This document shows, piece after piece, positions 51,272 to 60,007 of a stretch of 64,000 nt of DNA (positions are counted from its first letter, which is position 1; each line of letters starts with the position of its first letter). The notes under the pieces were generated by a model that worked only from the letters and a program-made list of their open reading frames with translations, was not told the origin of the DNA and ran no database searches. The stretch is taken from positions 3,000 to 66,999 of the forward strand of contig CAZGQD010000001.1 of the NCBI GenBank assembly GCA_964527395.1, written 5' to 3'. This stretch comes from an uncultured Methanosarcinales archaeon (GTDB lineage Archaea > Nanobdellota > Nanobdellia > Woesearchaeales > GW2011-AR9). The position numbers and the translations under genes are program-made.

Positions 51272-53260
51272 TTATCTTCTTCTTCTACCGTTTGGAGATG
51301 ATCTTTTTCTTTTTGTTGAAGTCCATTCTGATGCTCCACTTGGCGATCTTGGATTTTGACTAGTTCCACCTCTGGTTTTTGTGGTAACTCTTCTATGTGA
51401 GTCTGATTTGCCATTTGGTGTTAACCATGTTTCTTTTTGCCTTTTTCTTCTTTCTTTTTCATGATTTGGAATAGCATAGTCAGGGGCTAAGACTTTAGAA
51501 CCGTCTGAGATGTGTTCTGTCGTGAATCTTTTGTATCTTGAAGAATGTTTTTCTTTAGCAGATAATTCTTTACTTAGTTGTCTAGCTATTTTTGCTTTTA
51601 TAATGGAATCTGCTGAGAGGTCAGTTATTTCTTTAGTTATTTTTTCAGTTAACCTTAATAGGTTTTCAGCGCTTCTTTTGATGTTTTTTGCTTCTTGAAG
51701 ATTTTTATTGATGCTTCTTTTGATGTGTGGAGGATAATCTTTAGAGAGTTTATCTTTTTTCTCAGCAAGTTTTATAGCTTTATCAGCGTCTTTGATGCAT
51801 TGATTTATTGCTTTTTTAGTGTCATCTCTAGATTTTCTTGCAGCTTTTAAAGTAGCTCTGGTAGCAAGTGCATATCTTTTTGCGTTTTCAGCATTTGTTG
51901 TATGGTTTGGTTCTTTATTTTGGATGCTTCTTAAGAATAGTAAGATCCCATTATGGAAAAGTTTTGTTTTTTCTTTTTCGAAAGAAACTTTTTTTGAATG
52001 TATAATTGCTTTTGTTTTACTTTGTTTTGCTAAGTTAACAAATTTTTCTACTCTATTAGCTCTACCTTTTGCAAATCTTTCTTTGTAAGTTAACCTTTTG
52101 GCAGCTTTAGCTTCTGCTTGCGCTGCTAGTTTTCTGATTGTAGCCAAATCAGCTATTCTTTCTGCAGCAATTCCTCTTTCTCTTGCTGCGTTTGCTTTTA
52201 GAGTGTCTAAAACTTTTCTCATCTCTGCAGCTTTAGCAGCTGCTTTGTGACTATCTTTGTTTCTTTTAGATTCTGCTTGCGCTTCTTTAGCTAATCTTTC
52301 TTGTTCTTTTGCTAATCTTGTAGCTTCCTCTGCCGCTATTTTTGCAGCTTCTGCTGCTGCTTGTGCTTTTTCTGCTGCTTCTTTTGCTGCTATAGCTGAG
52401 TCTCTTTCTGCCTGTGCTGCTGCTTGTTCTTTTCTTGCAAATTCTGTTTCTGCTCTTGTTGCATCTCTTTGTGCATTTTGATTATCAGTTTCTTCTTTAG
52501 CTAATCTTGCAGCTTGCTCTGCTGCTGTTCTAGCTTCTTCTGCATCTCTTTGAGCTTGCTGCGCAGCTTGTCTTCTCAAATCTGCTTCTGTTGCAGCAGC
52601 TTGTGCATCTTCTAAAATTTTGTGTGCTTTAGAGATTGCATCTTCGAGAAAAGAATCTTCAATTTCTTTTTTTAATTCAAGAATTTGATCTGTTTTTTCT
52701 TTAGCTAAGGATTTTTGTTCAATTGCATTGTTAACATATCCTTGTAATGTGTCTATGACTGTAAGAAAATCAGGCTTGTCAATATCAAAATTAGTGCTTG
52801 TTCCAATAGCATCTACAATAGCTTTTGATTGAGTAGTTTGATTCGATGTTTCTACTTCATGTTGTTTTACTAAGAGGTTAAGTTGATTTATTCTTTCTAA
52901 TTTTTGTCTGATTGCAGTATTAACATCATTTTTATTTATAGAATAAGTAGAAGTTGTTGCATCATTTGCAATTTTTGATAGAATAATTACTGTTTTTTGG
53001 GCAGCTCCAGCAGCAATGATCAAATTTTTAACTTTGATTAGGACAATTTCTTCTGCTTCTTTTTTTGTAGCTTTTGATGCTTTGATGATGTTAACGATAT
53101 CTTCTTTAGTTTTGTCTGCTTTATTTGATAAAAGTTCTGAAATTTCTGCGTGGGATTTTGTTTCTTCAAGTTTTTGCATAGCTAAAGTAGCGTTGATTCT
53201 AGCTTCAGTGGCCAATTTCACAATAGGTTTTCTAGTTGCCATTTTATTTGAAATATTCAT
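51272..53260 (-). CDS. Long Ala/Glu/Lys-rich coiled-coil protein with Arg/Lys/Ser-rich C-terminal tail
   Basis: AAQQAQRDAEEARTAAEQAARLAKEE...AAKEAAEKAQAAAEAAKIAAEEATRLAKEQ. Its start overlaps the upstream stop (ATGA). Confidence 0.55.
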   Translation of the reverse strand: MNISNKMATRKPIVKLATEARINATLAMQKLEETKSHAEISELLSNKADKTKEDIVNIIKASKATKKEAEEIVLIKVKNLIIAAGAAQKTVIILSKIANDATTSTYSINKNDVNTAIRQKLERINQLNLLVKQHEVETSNQTTQSKAIVDAIGTSTNFDIDKPDFLTVIDTLQGYVNNAIEQKSLAKEKTDQILELKKEIEDSFLEDAISKAHKILEDAQAAATEADLRRQAAQQAQRDAEEARTAAEQAARLAKEETDNQNAQRDATRAETEFARKEQAAAQAERDSAIAAKEAAEKAQAAAEAAKIAAEEATRLAKEQERLAKEAQAESKRNKDSHKAAAKAAEMRKVLDTLKANAARERGIAAERIADLATIRKLAAQAEAKAAKRLTYKERFAKGRANRVEKFVNLAKQSKTKAIIHSKKVSFEKEKTKLFHNGILLFLRSIQNKEPNHTTNAENAKRYALATRATLKAARKSRDDTKKAINQCIKDADKAIKLAEKKDKLSKDYPPHIKRSINKNLQEAKNIKRSAENLLRLTEKITKEITDLSADSIIKAKIARQLSKELSAKEKHSSRYKRFTTEHISDGSKVLAPDYAIPNHEKERRKRQKETWLTPNGKSDSHRRVTTKTRGGTSQNPRSPSGASEWTSTKRKRSSPNGRRRR

Positions 53261-54597
53261 GTAATGTCATTTACACATTCTTCTGTTTCTTGAGCGTAAT
53301 GTTCAGCAGCACCTGCAGCAGCTTCAGCAATTTGAACATATCTTTCAACTCTGGAGTTTGCTTCTTGTGCTTCATTTAATTCTTCATCTGTTGGACCATC
53401 TGAAGGGTCAGGTTCAGGTTCTTCTGGATTTCTTGTATCATTATCATCAGGGTCACTTGGGAAACCAGGTTGTCTTATTCCTCTACCAATTGGTCTTTTA
53501 GCTCTTGGAGGAGTTCTTGATCTGTCTGGGTCATCATCATTTCCTGGTGGAGTCCTTCTACGTCTTCCTCTAGGCGGGTTAGGTCCTCTTGTACCGTCTT
53601 CATTGTCATCATCCTCACCAGGGTTGCTTTGATCTCCAGGTTGTCTTATGTTCCTATTATCGCCTCTTCTTCTGCCCCTTCTAGGGTTTGGGTTTCTTGA
53701 ACCGTCTGGGTCATCATCTTCATGATCGTCATTTGGTGGAGTTCTTCTTCTTCTTTCTCGACCAGCATCTGAACTGTTGTCTCTTGGATCGCTACCTCTT
53801 CTACCAGATCTTCCATCTCTGGAACCATTAGATGCATCTGAACCGTCTGCTCCATCTCTACCATCAGCGCCATCCCTACCGTCAGCTCCATCTCTTGCAT
53901 TATTGTTTGGAGGTAATTGTTCTTCATCTCCCATGTCTCTGACAATGATTTCGTTAGCTTTTTTGATGAAGTCGTCAATTTGGTCTATAATATAAGCACA
54001 AAAGTCTTCAACTTTTTTGATATTTGCTTGTAATGTAGTTACTTTTCTTCTGTAACTGTTAGCAGTAGCTTTTGGAATCTTTTTATGGCAATGTTTTACG
54101 TAGAATTCTAAGGCATGGTCACAAAGAGTGTGAACAGCTGAAAGGGCTTTATTAATTGGATCTCTAGTTAGTCTATGTGAAACTCTTACATTCCTTCTAG
54201 CTTCTTGTAATTTGTTTCTAATCCTGCTGGAAAGAGATTTTGCTTCATTCGTAGTTGAATCATCTTTCTTTTTAGATAGAACTTCAGTTCTTAATTCACG
54301 ACAAAGAGCGATAACTTCTAAAAGTTTTCTTTTTGCAATCATAAGATATTTCTTACGCATTTCTAATTTGTCTTTTTTTTTTTTTGTCTTTTTTCTTTTT
54401 TTGTTCCACTTTTTGAAGTCTTTTTCAGCTTGTTTTGCTTTTTCTTCTTTTTCATTTTTTTCTGCTTGAGTTTCGAATGATAAGAATTGGAAGAAATACC
54501 AAGCTGTGGCTAAAAAAGCAAAACCAATAGCTACATGTAAGAACTCAACTACTGTACCCCCCACTACCAGAAAGCCTATTAATTCCTCTGCTGTCAT
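53257..54597 (-). CDS. Membrane-hairpin protein, paralog A: TM hairpin, Lys-rich segment, helical domain, long R/D/G/N/P low-complexity tail, short helical C-terminus
   Basis: Start placed at MTAEELIGF by homology with 55425..56342. The first ~222 aa are nearly identical to the paralog. The tail has RDGADG x3 and two ~50-aa RRRRTPP...IRQPG modules. Confidence 0.55.
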   Translation of the reverse strand: MTAEELIGFLVVGGTVVEFLHVAIGFAFLATAWYFFQFLSFETQAEKNEKEEKAKQAEKDFKKWNKKRKKTKKKKDKLEMRKKYLMIAKRKLLEVIALCRELRTEVLSKKKDDSTTNEAKSLSSRIRNKLQEARRNVRVSHRLTRDPINKALSAVHTLCDHALEFYVKHCHKKIPKATANSYRRKVTTLQANIKKVEDFCAYIIDQIDDFIKKANEIIVRDMGDEEQLPPNNNARDGADGRDGADGRDGADGSDASNGSRDGRSGRRGSDPRDNSSDAGRERRRRTPPNDDHEDDDPDGSRNPNPRRGRRRGDNRNIRQPGDQSNPGEDDDNEDGTRGPNPPRGRRRRTPPGNDDDPDRSRTPPRAKRPIGRGIRQPGFPSDPDDNDTRNPEEPEPDPSDGPTDEELNEAQEANSRVERYVQIAEAAAGAAEHYAQETEECVNDIT

Positions 54598-54805
54598 ACT
54601 TGAAAATCGCCTCTTTTGAAATTTTGATAAGTGATGTTGAGCTATACTCAACGCAGTTAATTTCCGTACATTTTCATATACTAATATTAACTGCGTTTCG
54701 AGATACTGAACGAGTGCAAATGATTGCATGAAATGTTCGATTATTTTGTTCGTTCAGTATATTCGTTTTGATCAAAATAGTTTAGTGAATAATTGTGATC
54801 TGTTT

Positions 54806-55372
54806 TTAAGTTGCTGTTGCACTTTTTAAGTGGTTGATGTAGTGTAACATTGAGGATAGGATCCAAAACAAGAGTAGGCAAAGTGCAAATTGAACAAATC
54901 TAGCTGCTCTTTTGTTACTTTCATCATTCATCTTTAACCATTCTGGTATCTTGTAGACCATATACATAATTCCAATTGTAGGGCCACCTATAAGGATTAA
55001 TGAAATTGCAGTTGCCCAGCCTGCTCCAACAGCGCCAAGAGCTTCTAAAGGTATGAAAATCCCTGAAATGATTGCTAAAATACCTGCTACAATTGCTCCA
55101 ATAGCAGGATTTGGCTCTTTTAATGGTTTTAGAACTTTTACATGTTGAATTACTGCATAGAAAATAGCAAAAATTAGGATTGTGATTAAGAATCTCATAA
55201 ACATTAGTAACATGACGCTTGATTCCATTCCTGGGATCCATGAAAAACTACCAATTGCGATGACTTTATTGAAAACATTAGTTAATGATTCTACAACATC
55301 TGCGTGTGCAATAGGAATAGCAAGACTTGTTGCTAGAATAGTAGCTATTTTTTGTTTGTTCATCCATCTCAT
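54806..55372 (-). CDS. Polytopic membrane protein with signal-like N-terminus
   Basis: MRWMNKQKIATILATSLAIPIAHA followed by four or more hydrophobic helices. Confidence 0.55.
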   Translation of the reverse strand: MRWMNKQKIATILATSLAIPIAHADVVESLTNVFNKVIAIGSFSWIPGMESSVMLLMFMRFLITILIFAIFYAVIQHVKVLKPLKEPNPAIGAIVAGILAIISGIFIPLEALGAVGAGWATAISLILIGGPTIGIMYMVYKIPEWLKMNDESNKRAARFVQFALCLLLFWILSSMLHYINHLKSATAT

Positions 55373-55424
55373 GGACGAAAAGAAGTAATTTGGGTTTATA
55401 AGGCTTACGTTATGGCGGAGATGA

Positions 55425-56342
55425 TTAGTCTTCTCCTCTTCTATTATTAGCAGGTCTTCGTCTTACAATTGCTGCTGGTCTTCCAGGTCTATTTGTATTT
55501 CTTGCTCTTGAATCGTTTGTGCCATTTGTTTCGTCGTTTCCATTTCTGCCATTTCTACTGTTAGTTCCGTTCCTATCATCAGCTCCATCAGTACCATCTC
55601 TTCCGTTGTTCCCATCATCTGTGTCGTTATCAGATCCACTTCTATTGTTGCCTGGAGGAACTGTTTCTTCACCATCCATATCTCTTACAGTGATTTCGTT
55701 AGATTTTTTGATGAAATTGTCAATTTCTCTTACAATATAAGCACAATAATCTTCAACTTTTTTGATATTTGCTTGTAGTGTAGTTACTTTTCTTCTGTAA
55801 CGGTTAGCAGTGGCTTTTGGAATCTTTTTATGGCAATGTTTTACGTAGAATTCTAAAGCATGGTCACAAAGAGTGTGAACAGCTGAAAGGGCTTTATTAA
55901 TTGGATCTCTAGTTAGTCTATGTGAAACTCTTACATTCCTTCTAGCTTCTTGTAATTTGTTTCTAATCCTGCTGGAAAGAGATTTTGCTTCATTTGTAGT
56001 TGAATCATCTTTCTTTTTAGATAGAACTTCAGTTCTTAATTCACGGCAAAGAGCGATTACTTCCAAAAGTTTTCTTTTTGCAATCATAAGATACTTTTTA
56101 CGCATTTCAAGTTCGTCTTTTTTCTTTTTTGTCTTTTTTCTTTTTTTGTTCCACTTTTTGAAGTCTTTTTCAGATTTTTTGGCATTTTCTTCTTTTTCAT
56201 TCTTTTCTTCTTGAGTTTCGAATGATAAAAACTGAAAGAAATACCAGGCTGTGGCTAAAAAAGCAAAACCGATAGCTACATGTAAGAACTCAACTACTGT
56301 GCCTCCTACTACTAGAAAGCCTATTAATTCCTCTGCTGTCAT
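55425..56342 (-). CDS. Membrane-hairpin protein, paralog B (shorter N/G/R/D-rich tail)
   Basis: About 0.67 kb (55675-56342) is near-identical to 53930-54597. Confidence 0.55.
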   Translation of the reverse strand: MTAEELIGFLVVGGTVVEFLHVAIGFAFLATAWYFFQFLSFETQEEKNEKEENAKKSEKDFKKWNKKRKKTKKKKDELEMRKKYLMIAKRKLLEVIALCRELRTEVLSKKKDDSTTNEAKSLSSRIRNKLQEARRNVRVSHRLTRDPINKALSAVHTLCDHALEFYVKHCHKKIPKATANRYRRKVTTLQANIKKVEDYCAYIVREIDNFIKKSNEITVRDMDGEETVPPGNNRSGSDNDTDDGNNGRDGTDGADDRNGTNSRNGRNGNDETNGTNDSRARNTNRPGRPAAIVRRRPANNRRGED

Positions 56343-56487
56343 CTTTTTCTTTTTTTTATTGGTTGATTTTAGTAAGTGGAGAATGTTTTTGGCTTTATTA
56401 ATGTTTTTGAATTTTGTTTTGAAGTTGAGTTGTTTAATTATATGAGTTTAGCTTTGTATTTTGAAGGAGATGATTTGCTATTGTTCA

Positions 56488-56502
56488 AAAAGCTTATTAA
56501 GG
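56488..56502 (+). promoter_or_regulatory. TATA-like box for 56525..59911
   Basis: aaagcttattaagg about 27 nt upstream of ATG 56525. Confidence 0.45.
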
Positions 56503-56524
56503 TCTATTTGTTTTGTTAGATAGT

Positions 56525-59500
56525 ATGGTTGTTAAAAAGATGCAGATAAAGATAGGTTCAAAGTATTTTAGAGGTTTATTGAATGATGGTTCTGATCAGA
56601 TGAAATTGAGTTTTTTTGAGGTTTCTGTAATAAAGGGTTTTTTCAAGAAGGTTAGAATTGCATTAATTTTAGATTTAGATAAACCTGGTTCCCGTAGGTC
56701 ATTATGGAATTTCACTATAGCTAAACAAGAACTTTTTATGAAGGATTTATTGTCATTTTTGTCTTTAGATGATAGGGTGGAGCTAGCAGATTATAAGGAT
56801 TTCTTTGATTCTTCTAAAAAATGTCGTGAAATTCTTCCTTTTATAAAGATGATCTTAGAGAATTTTTCTAAGTATGAAAAAATTTTTAGTTCACAAGATA
56901 AATCTGCTATTTTACTTAAATTTAGAAATTCTGTGATTCATTTTGAAGCTTATTTGTTGAATAAAGGAATTGTTAAGAAAAAAAGGACTGCATCTAAAGT
57001 AGGCAAGGCTAAAAAAGTTGAAGGAAAGAAAGCAAAGTCAGGTAAGGCTAAAGTTGAAAAATCTGCAAAGCTTAAGAAAAGTGTTACTAAAAGAGTTTTG
57101 AGTAGGTTTAGTGGTAAGAAGAAAGGATTTTTTAGTAAATTACTTGTTTCTGAAGATTTGGGTGCTTTTGTAGGAACTATTAATTCTGATGAGTTTTTGG
57201 TGGCTTTTGAAGGAGTTTCTAGGTTGAAAAGTGATGGTTTTTGGGATAAATATAGTGAGGAATATTTCAGTAATGCGTTGTCTATTTTTGAGCTTGATGG
57301 TCTTAAGTTGGTTGATGGAACTGATTATTCCAAATTAGGTAAGGGTGATGTTATTGCTTCAGCTTATTTTAGTGTTGCTTTTAGAGTGGATTTATTGTTT
57401 AAAAGATTATTGGCAATTAAAGGACATTTCGATAAAGGTTATTTCATTGATGGTGATTTAAAGGAAAGTATTGTGTCTTCTTTAGGGATTGTTAAGAAAG
57501 AGGTTATTAAATATAAGGGAAATCTACTGAAGTATAAAATTGCTGAATATAAAAAGCCTAAAATTGGCCTTATCAAAAAAGGGAAGATAAGGCTTGCTAA
57601 GGTAGGTTCTGCTAGGAAAAGATTGAGTTCTAGAGTAAAGAGAATAGGTTCTAAGAAAAGTGGTAAGCATTTTTTTGTAAGGTTGATTGAAAGTAAGGAT
57701 GTTTTCTTGAAGAAACCTAAAAATAAAGACTGGAATGAGCTCTTAAAGGTAAAGTTAAATCCAGAACTAGGGTTAGAGTCAGTTGGAGCAGAACTAGTAA
57801 GAGATCAAGTGAAAAGTTTATTTGATGCTGTAAGAGTTTTTGCTAAGAATGTTGCAGAAGTACAAGAGAAGTTAGAAAGAAAAGGGCCAATAGATCAAAA
57901 ATTGAAAGATTTGGACATTCTTTCAGATGAATATCGTGATTCTTTAAGGGCTTCAATGCTTTTAGATGATGAAATTGTTAAACAAAAAAAACAGATTTTG
58001 TATTTAATTAATGAAAAGATTAAACCAGCATTAGGTCCTTTGGGGTTTTTTGATTTGAAGAAAACTAGAAAACCTTTACCTACAAGGTATACTTTTGGAA
58101 TTTTGCTACAAATAGGTGGATTGAGTAATGAAGAGTATTTAAAGAATCATTTAGGGAAGAAATTAAGTGGAATTCTTTTAGGTCATGTTAATTCTTTGGA
58201 AAAGGGGATGGATTATGTTATTCAATTATTGCAATTATTTGAATTAACTGAATCTGAAAGAAGGTCAGATCATGGGGAAAGTATGACTGATGTAGAGTTG
58301 TTATATTCACTAGGAAATGAGTTTGAAAGAATTAAAGATTTATTAGTTATCCAGTTAGGATTTTTAGATAAAATAGGTTCTGCTAAGGAGAAGGTTCCTT
58401 TAGTTGAGGAAGAATGGGAAGCAGATGAACATTTTTTCCAACGATTGTTTAAAACTGACAAAATTAGTGAAGGAGAGTTTTTTTCATCGCGAGATTATGC
58501 TGTTCTTAGTGCTTCTTTGAAGAAAGTTAAACATGGGCTTTTAGAAATTAAGGGAAGTTATGCAACTGTTGAAGGTAATAAGTTGAATGCAAAACAAAGA
58601 GCAGATTTTTATACTCTTATTTTGCAGCAAGTTGCTTTTGTTGTTAAGGAATTAGAGCATGGTTTACATTTTACTCATTCAGAGGAGTCAGCTGCCGGTT
58701 TAGCTGCTGTAGATTCTTCTTTACACAATTTGATTGATTTAATGAAAGATCATCCTTCAGTTCAATATTTTGAAGCAAAGAATGTTGATCCAATAATTGA
58801 TGCTTTGACTACTTTAGAAGTTTATTTGAAAGATTTGAATACTCTTGTGACTACGCCTAAAGGTAAATGGAAGAGGATGACTAAAGGTAAACTTAAGAGT
58901 TTTAGGTATAGGTCAAAAGGAAAAAATATTGATGATCATATGGGGAAGATTAGGTTACTTTTGCTTGAGCAGTTAGGGTTTACTCATGAGGTTGTTGATT
59001 TTGAGAAAGGTTTTGTGACTAAAGCAAAAGTATGGCCAGAAGTACACCTTAAGGTTGAAGAAGTTAAAGTTGGTGGGCATAGGTCTTCTAGGGTGGCAGG
59101 TGATTTTCAGAGGGTATTAATTGATAGTTCTGGTAGTGGTTCTTCTTATCAAGTAAAAATTAGGCAAAATAGGAAAGTAAGACTTGGGAGAAATAAATAT
59201 GTCTTCAGAAAGGATCATGATCATTTTGTGGTGTGTAATTTGGAACGTAAAGAGAAGTTTCAGTTGATTGAGCACGGGATTGAGGGTGAAAAGCTAGTTT
59301 CTAGAAAAAAAGGTAGCCATCATGCAGTTTCAATGCTTTTGCCATTGCCTTCAAAAGGTCCGCTTGTTCTTGAAAAAAAATATGCTGTTTTTGATTTTGT
59401 ACCAAAAAAGTATGTGTTTATGTCTTTTGAAGGAAAAGCGTATCAAAAGAAGATAGGGATGAAAGATTTGAAGGGGACTTTTGGTAAGATGTCGGTTGGA

Positions 59501-59911
59501 ACAAGGTATTCACGTTATGTTGAAAGTGATTTGTTTGGAATGTTTAGAATGGTGGCTCAAGCAATTGGAGATAGAGAAGGAAGAATTAGATTATCTTTGA
59601 TTTCAGCTTCTAATAGTAAATTCGGAGTTGCTTTAAAGCAAGGTGGAAGATACGTTGAGAGAAGGGGATCTACAAAGGTTGTTTATGATGGTCAGAAGGT
59701 ACAAATGGTTGTTTTACGTGAGATTGATCCAAAAAAGAAGCTTGCAAAGTTAGTGGTTACAAGTGGAGACCGTAGAAAATTGCATTTTTTCAATATAGAT
59801 TTAGTTTCTGAAGAGAAAGAAGGAAAGGTTAGTTTTGATTTAAGAAAATTGTTTGATACAACAATAAATATTTGGTCAGATGCTGATGCAAGGTATTTTT
59901 TTGATGAATGA
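56525..59911 (+). CDS. Large Lys-rich hypothetical protein (about 1128 aa)
   Basis: ATG about 25-30 nt after aagcttattaagg. The C-terminal ~250 aa are homologous to the C-terminus of the next gene. Confidence 0.55.
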   Translation: MVVKKMQIKIGSKYFRGLLNDGSDQMKLSFFEVSVIKGFFKKVRIALILDLDKPGSRRSLWNFTIAKQELFMKDLLSFLSLDDRVELADYKDFFDSSKKCREILPFIKMILENFSKYEKIFSSQDKSAILLKFRNSVIHFEAYLLNKGIVKKKRTASKVGKAKKVEGKKAKSGKAKVEKSAKLKKSVTKRVLSRFSGKKKGFFSKLLVSEDLGAFVGTINSDEFLVAFEGVSRLKSDGFWDKYSEEYFSNALSIFELDGLKLVDGTDYSKLGKGDVIASAYFSVAFRVDLLFKRLLAIKGHFDKGYFIDGDLKESIVSSLGIVKKEVIKYKGNLLKYKIAEYKKPKIGLIKKGKIRLAKVGSARKRLSSRVKRIGSKKSGKHFFVRLIESKDVFLKKPKNKDWNELLKVKLNPELGLESVGAELVRDQVKSLFDAVRVFAKNVAEVQEKLERKGPIDQKLKDLDILSDEYRDSLRASMLLDDEIVKQKKQILYLINEKIKPALGPLGFFDLKKTRKPLPTRYTFGILLQIGGLSNEEYLKNHLGKKLSGILLGHVNSLEKGMDYVIQLLQLFELTESERRSDHGESMTDVELLYSLGNEFERIKDLLVIQLGFLDKIGSAKEKVPLVEEEWEADEHFFQRLFKTDKISEGEFFSSRDYAVLSASLKKVKHGLLEIKGSYATVEGNKLNAKQRADFYTLILQQVAFVVKELEHGLHFTHSEESAAGLAAVDSSLHNLIDLMKDHPSVQYFEAKNVDPIIDALTTLEVYLKDLNTLVTTPKGKWKRMTKGKLKSFRYRSKGKNIDDHMGKIRLLLLEQLGFTHEVVDFEKGFVTKAKVWPEVHLKVEEVKVGGHRSSRVAGDFQRVLIDSSGSGSSYQVKIRQNRKVRLGRNKYVFRKDHDHFVVCNLERKEKFQLIEHGIEGEKLVSRKKGSHHAVSMLLPLPSKGPLVLEKKYAVFDFVPKKYVFMSFEGKAYQKKIGMKDLKGTFGKMSVGTRYSRYVESDLFGMFRMVAQAIGDREGRIRLSLISASNSKFGVALKQGGRYVERRGSTKVVYDGQKVQMVVLREIDPKKKLAKLVVTSGDRRKLHFFNIDLVSEEKEGKVSFDLRKLFDTTINIWSDADARYFFDE

Positions 59912-59972
59912 CTTCAATGTATTTAAGGAGATTTTGCTTTATTTTTATTGGACTTTTTTAGAAAAAGAATAA

Positions 59973-59983
59973 CTTTTATTAAC
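59973..59983 (+). promoter_or_regulatory. TATA-like box for 60008..61567
   Basis: cttttattaac about 27 nt upstream of ATG 60008. Confidence 0.45.
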
Positions 59984-60007
59984 TACAATTCTATTTGTTT
60001 TATTTAG

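Noticed and set aside
54598-54729. N-terminal 44-aa extension of the 490-aa ORF in the track
   Set aside because: Homology with the paralog starts exactly at the internal MTAEELIGF (54597), and nucleotide identity between the copies ends there. The upstream part is likely untranslated.
53930-56342. Diversity-generating retroelement (template/variable repeat pair)
   Set aside because: Mismatches between the two copies involve all bases, not adenine-specific positions. No reverse transcriptase gene is present. The repeat covers the conserved head rather than a C-terminal variable region.
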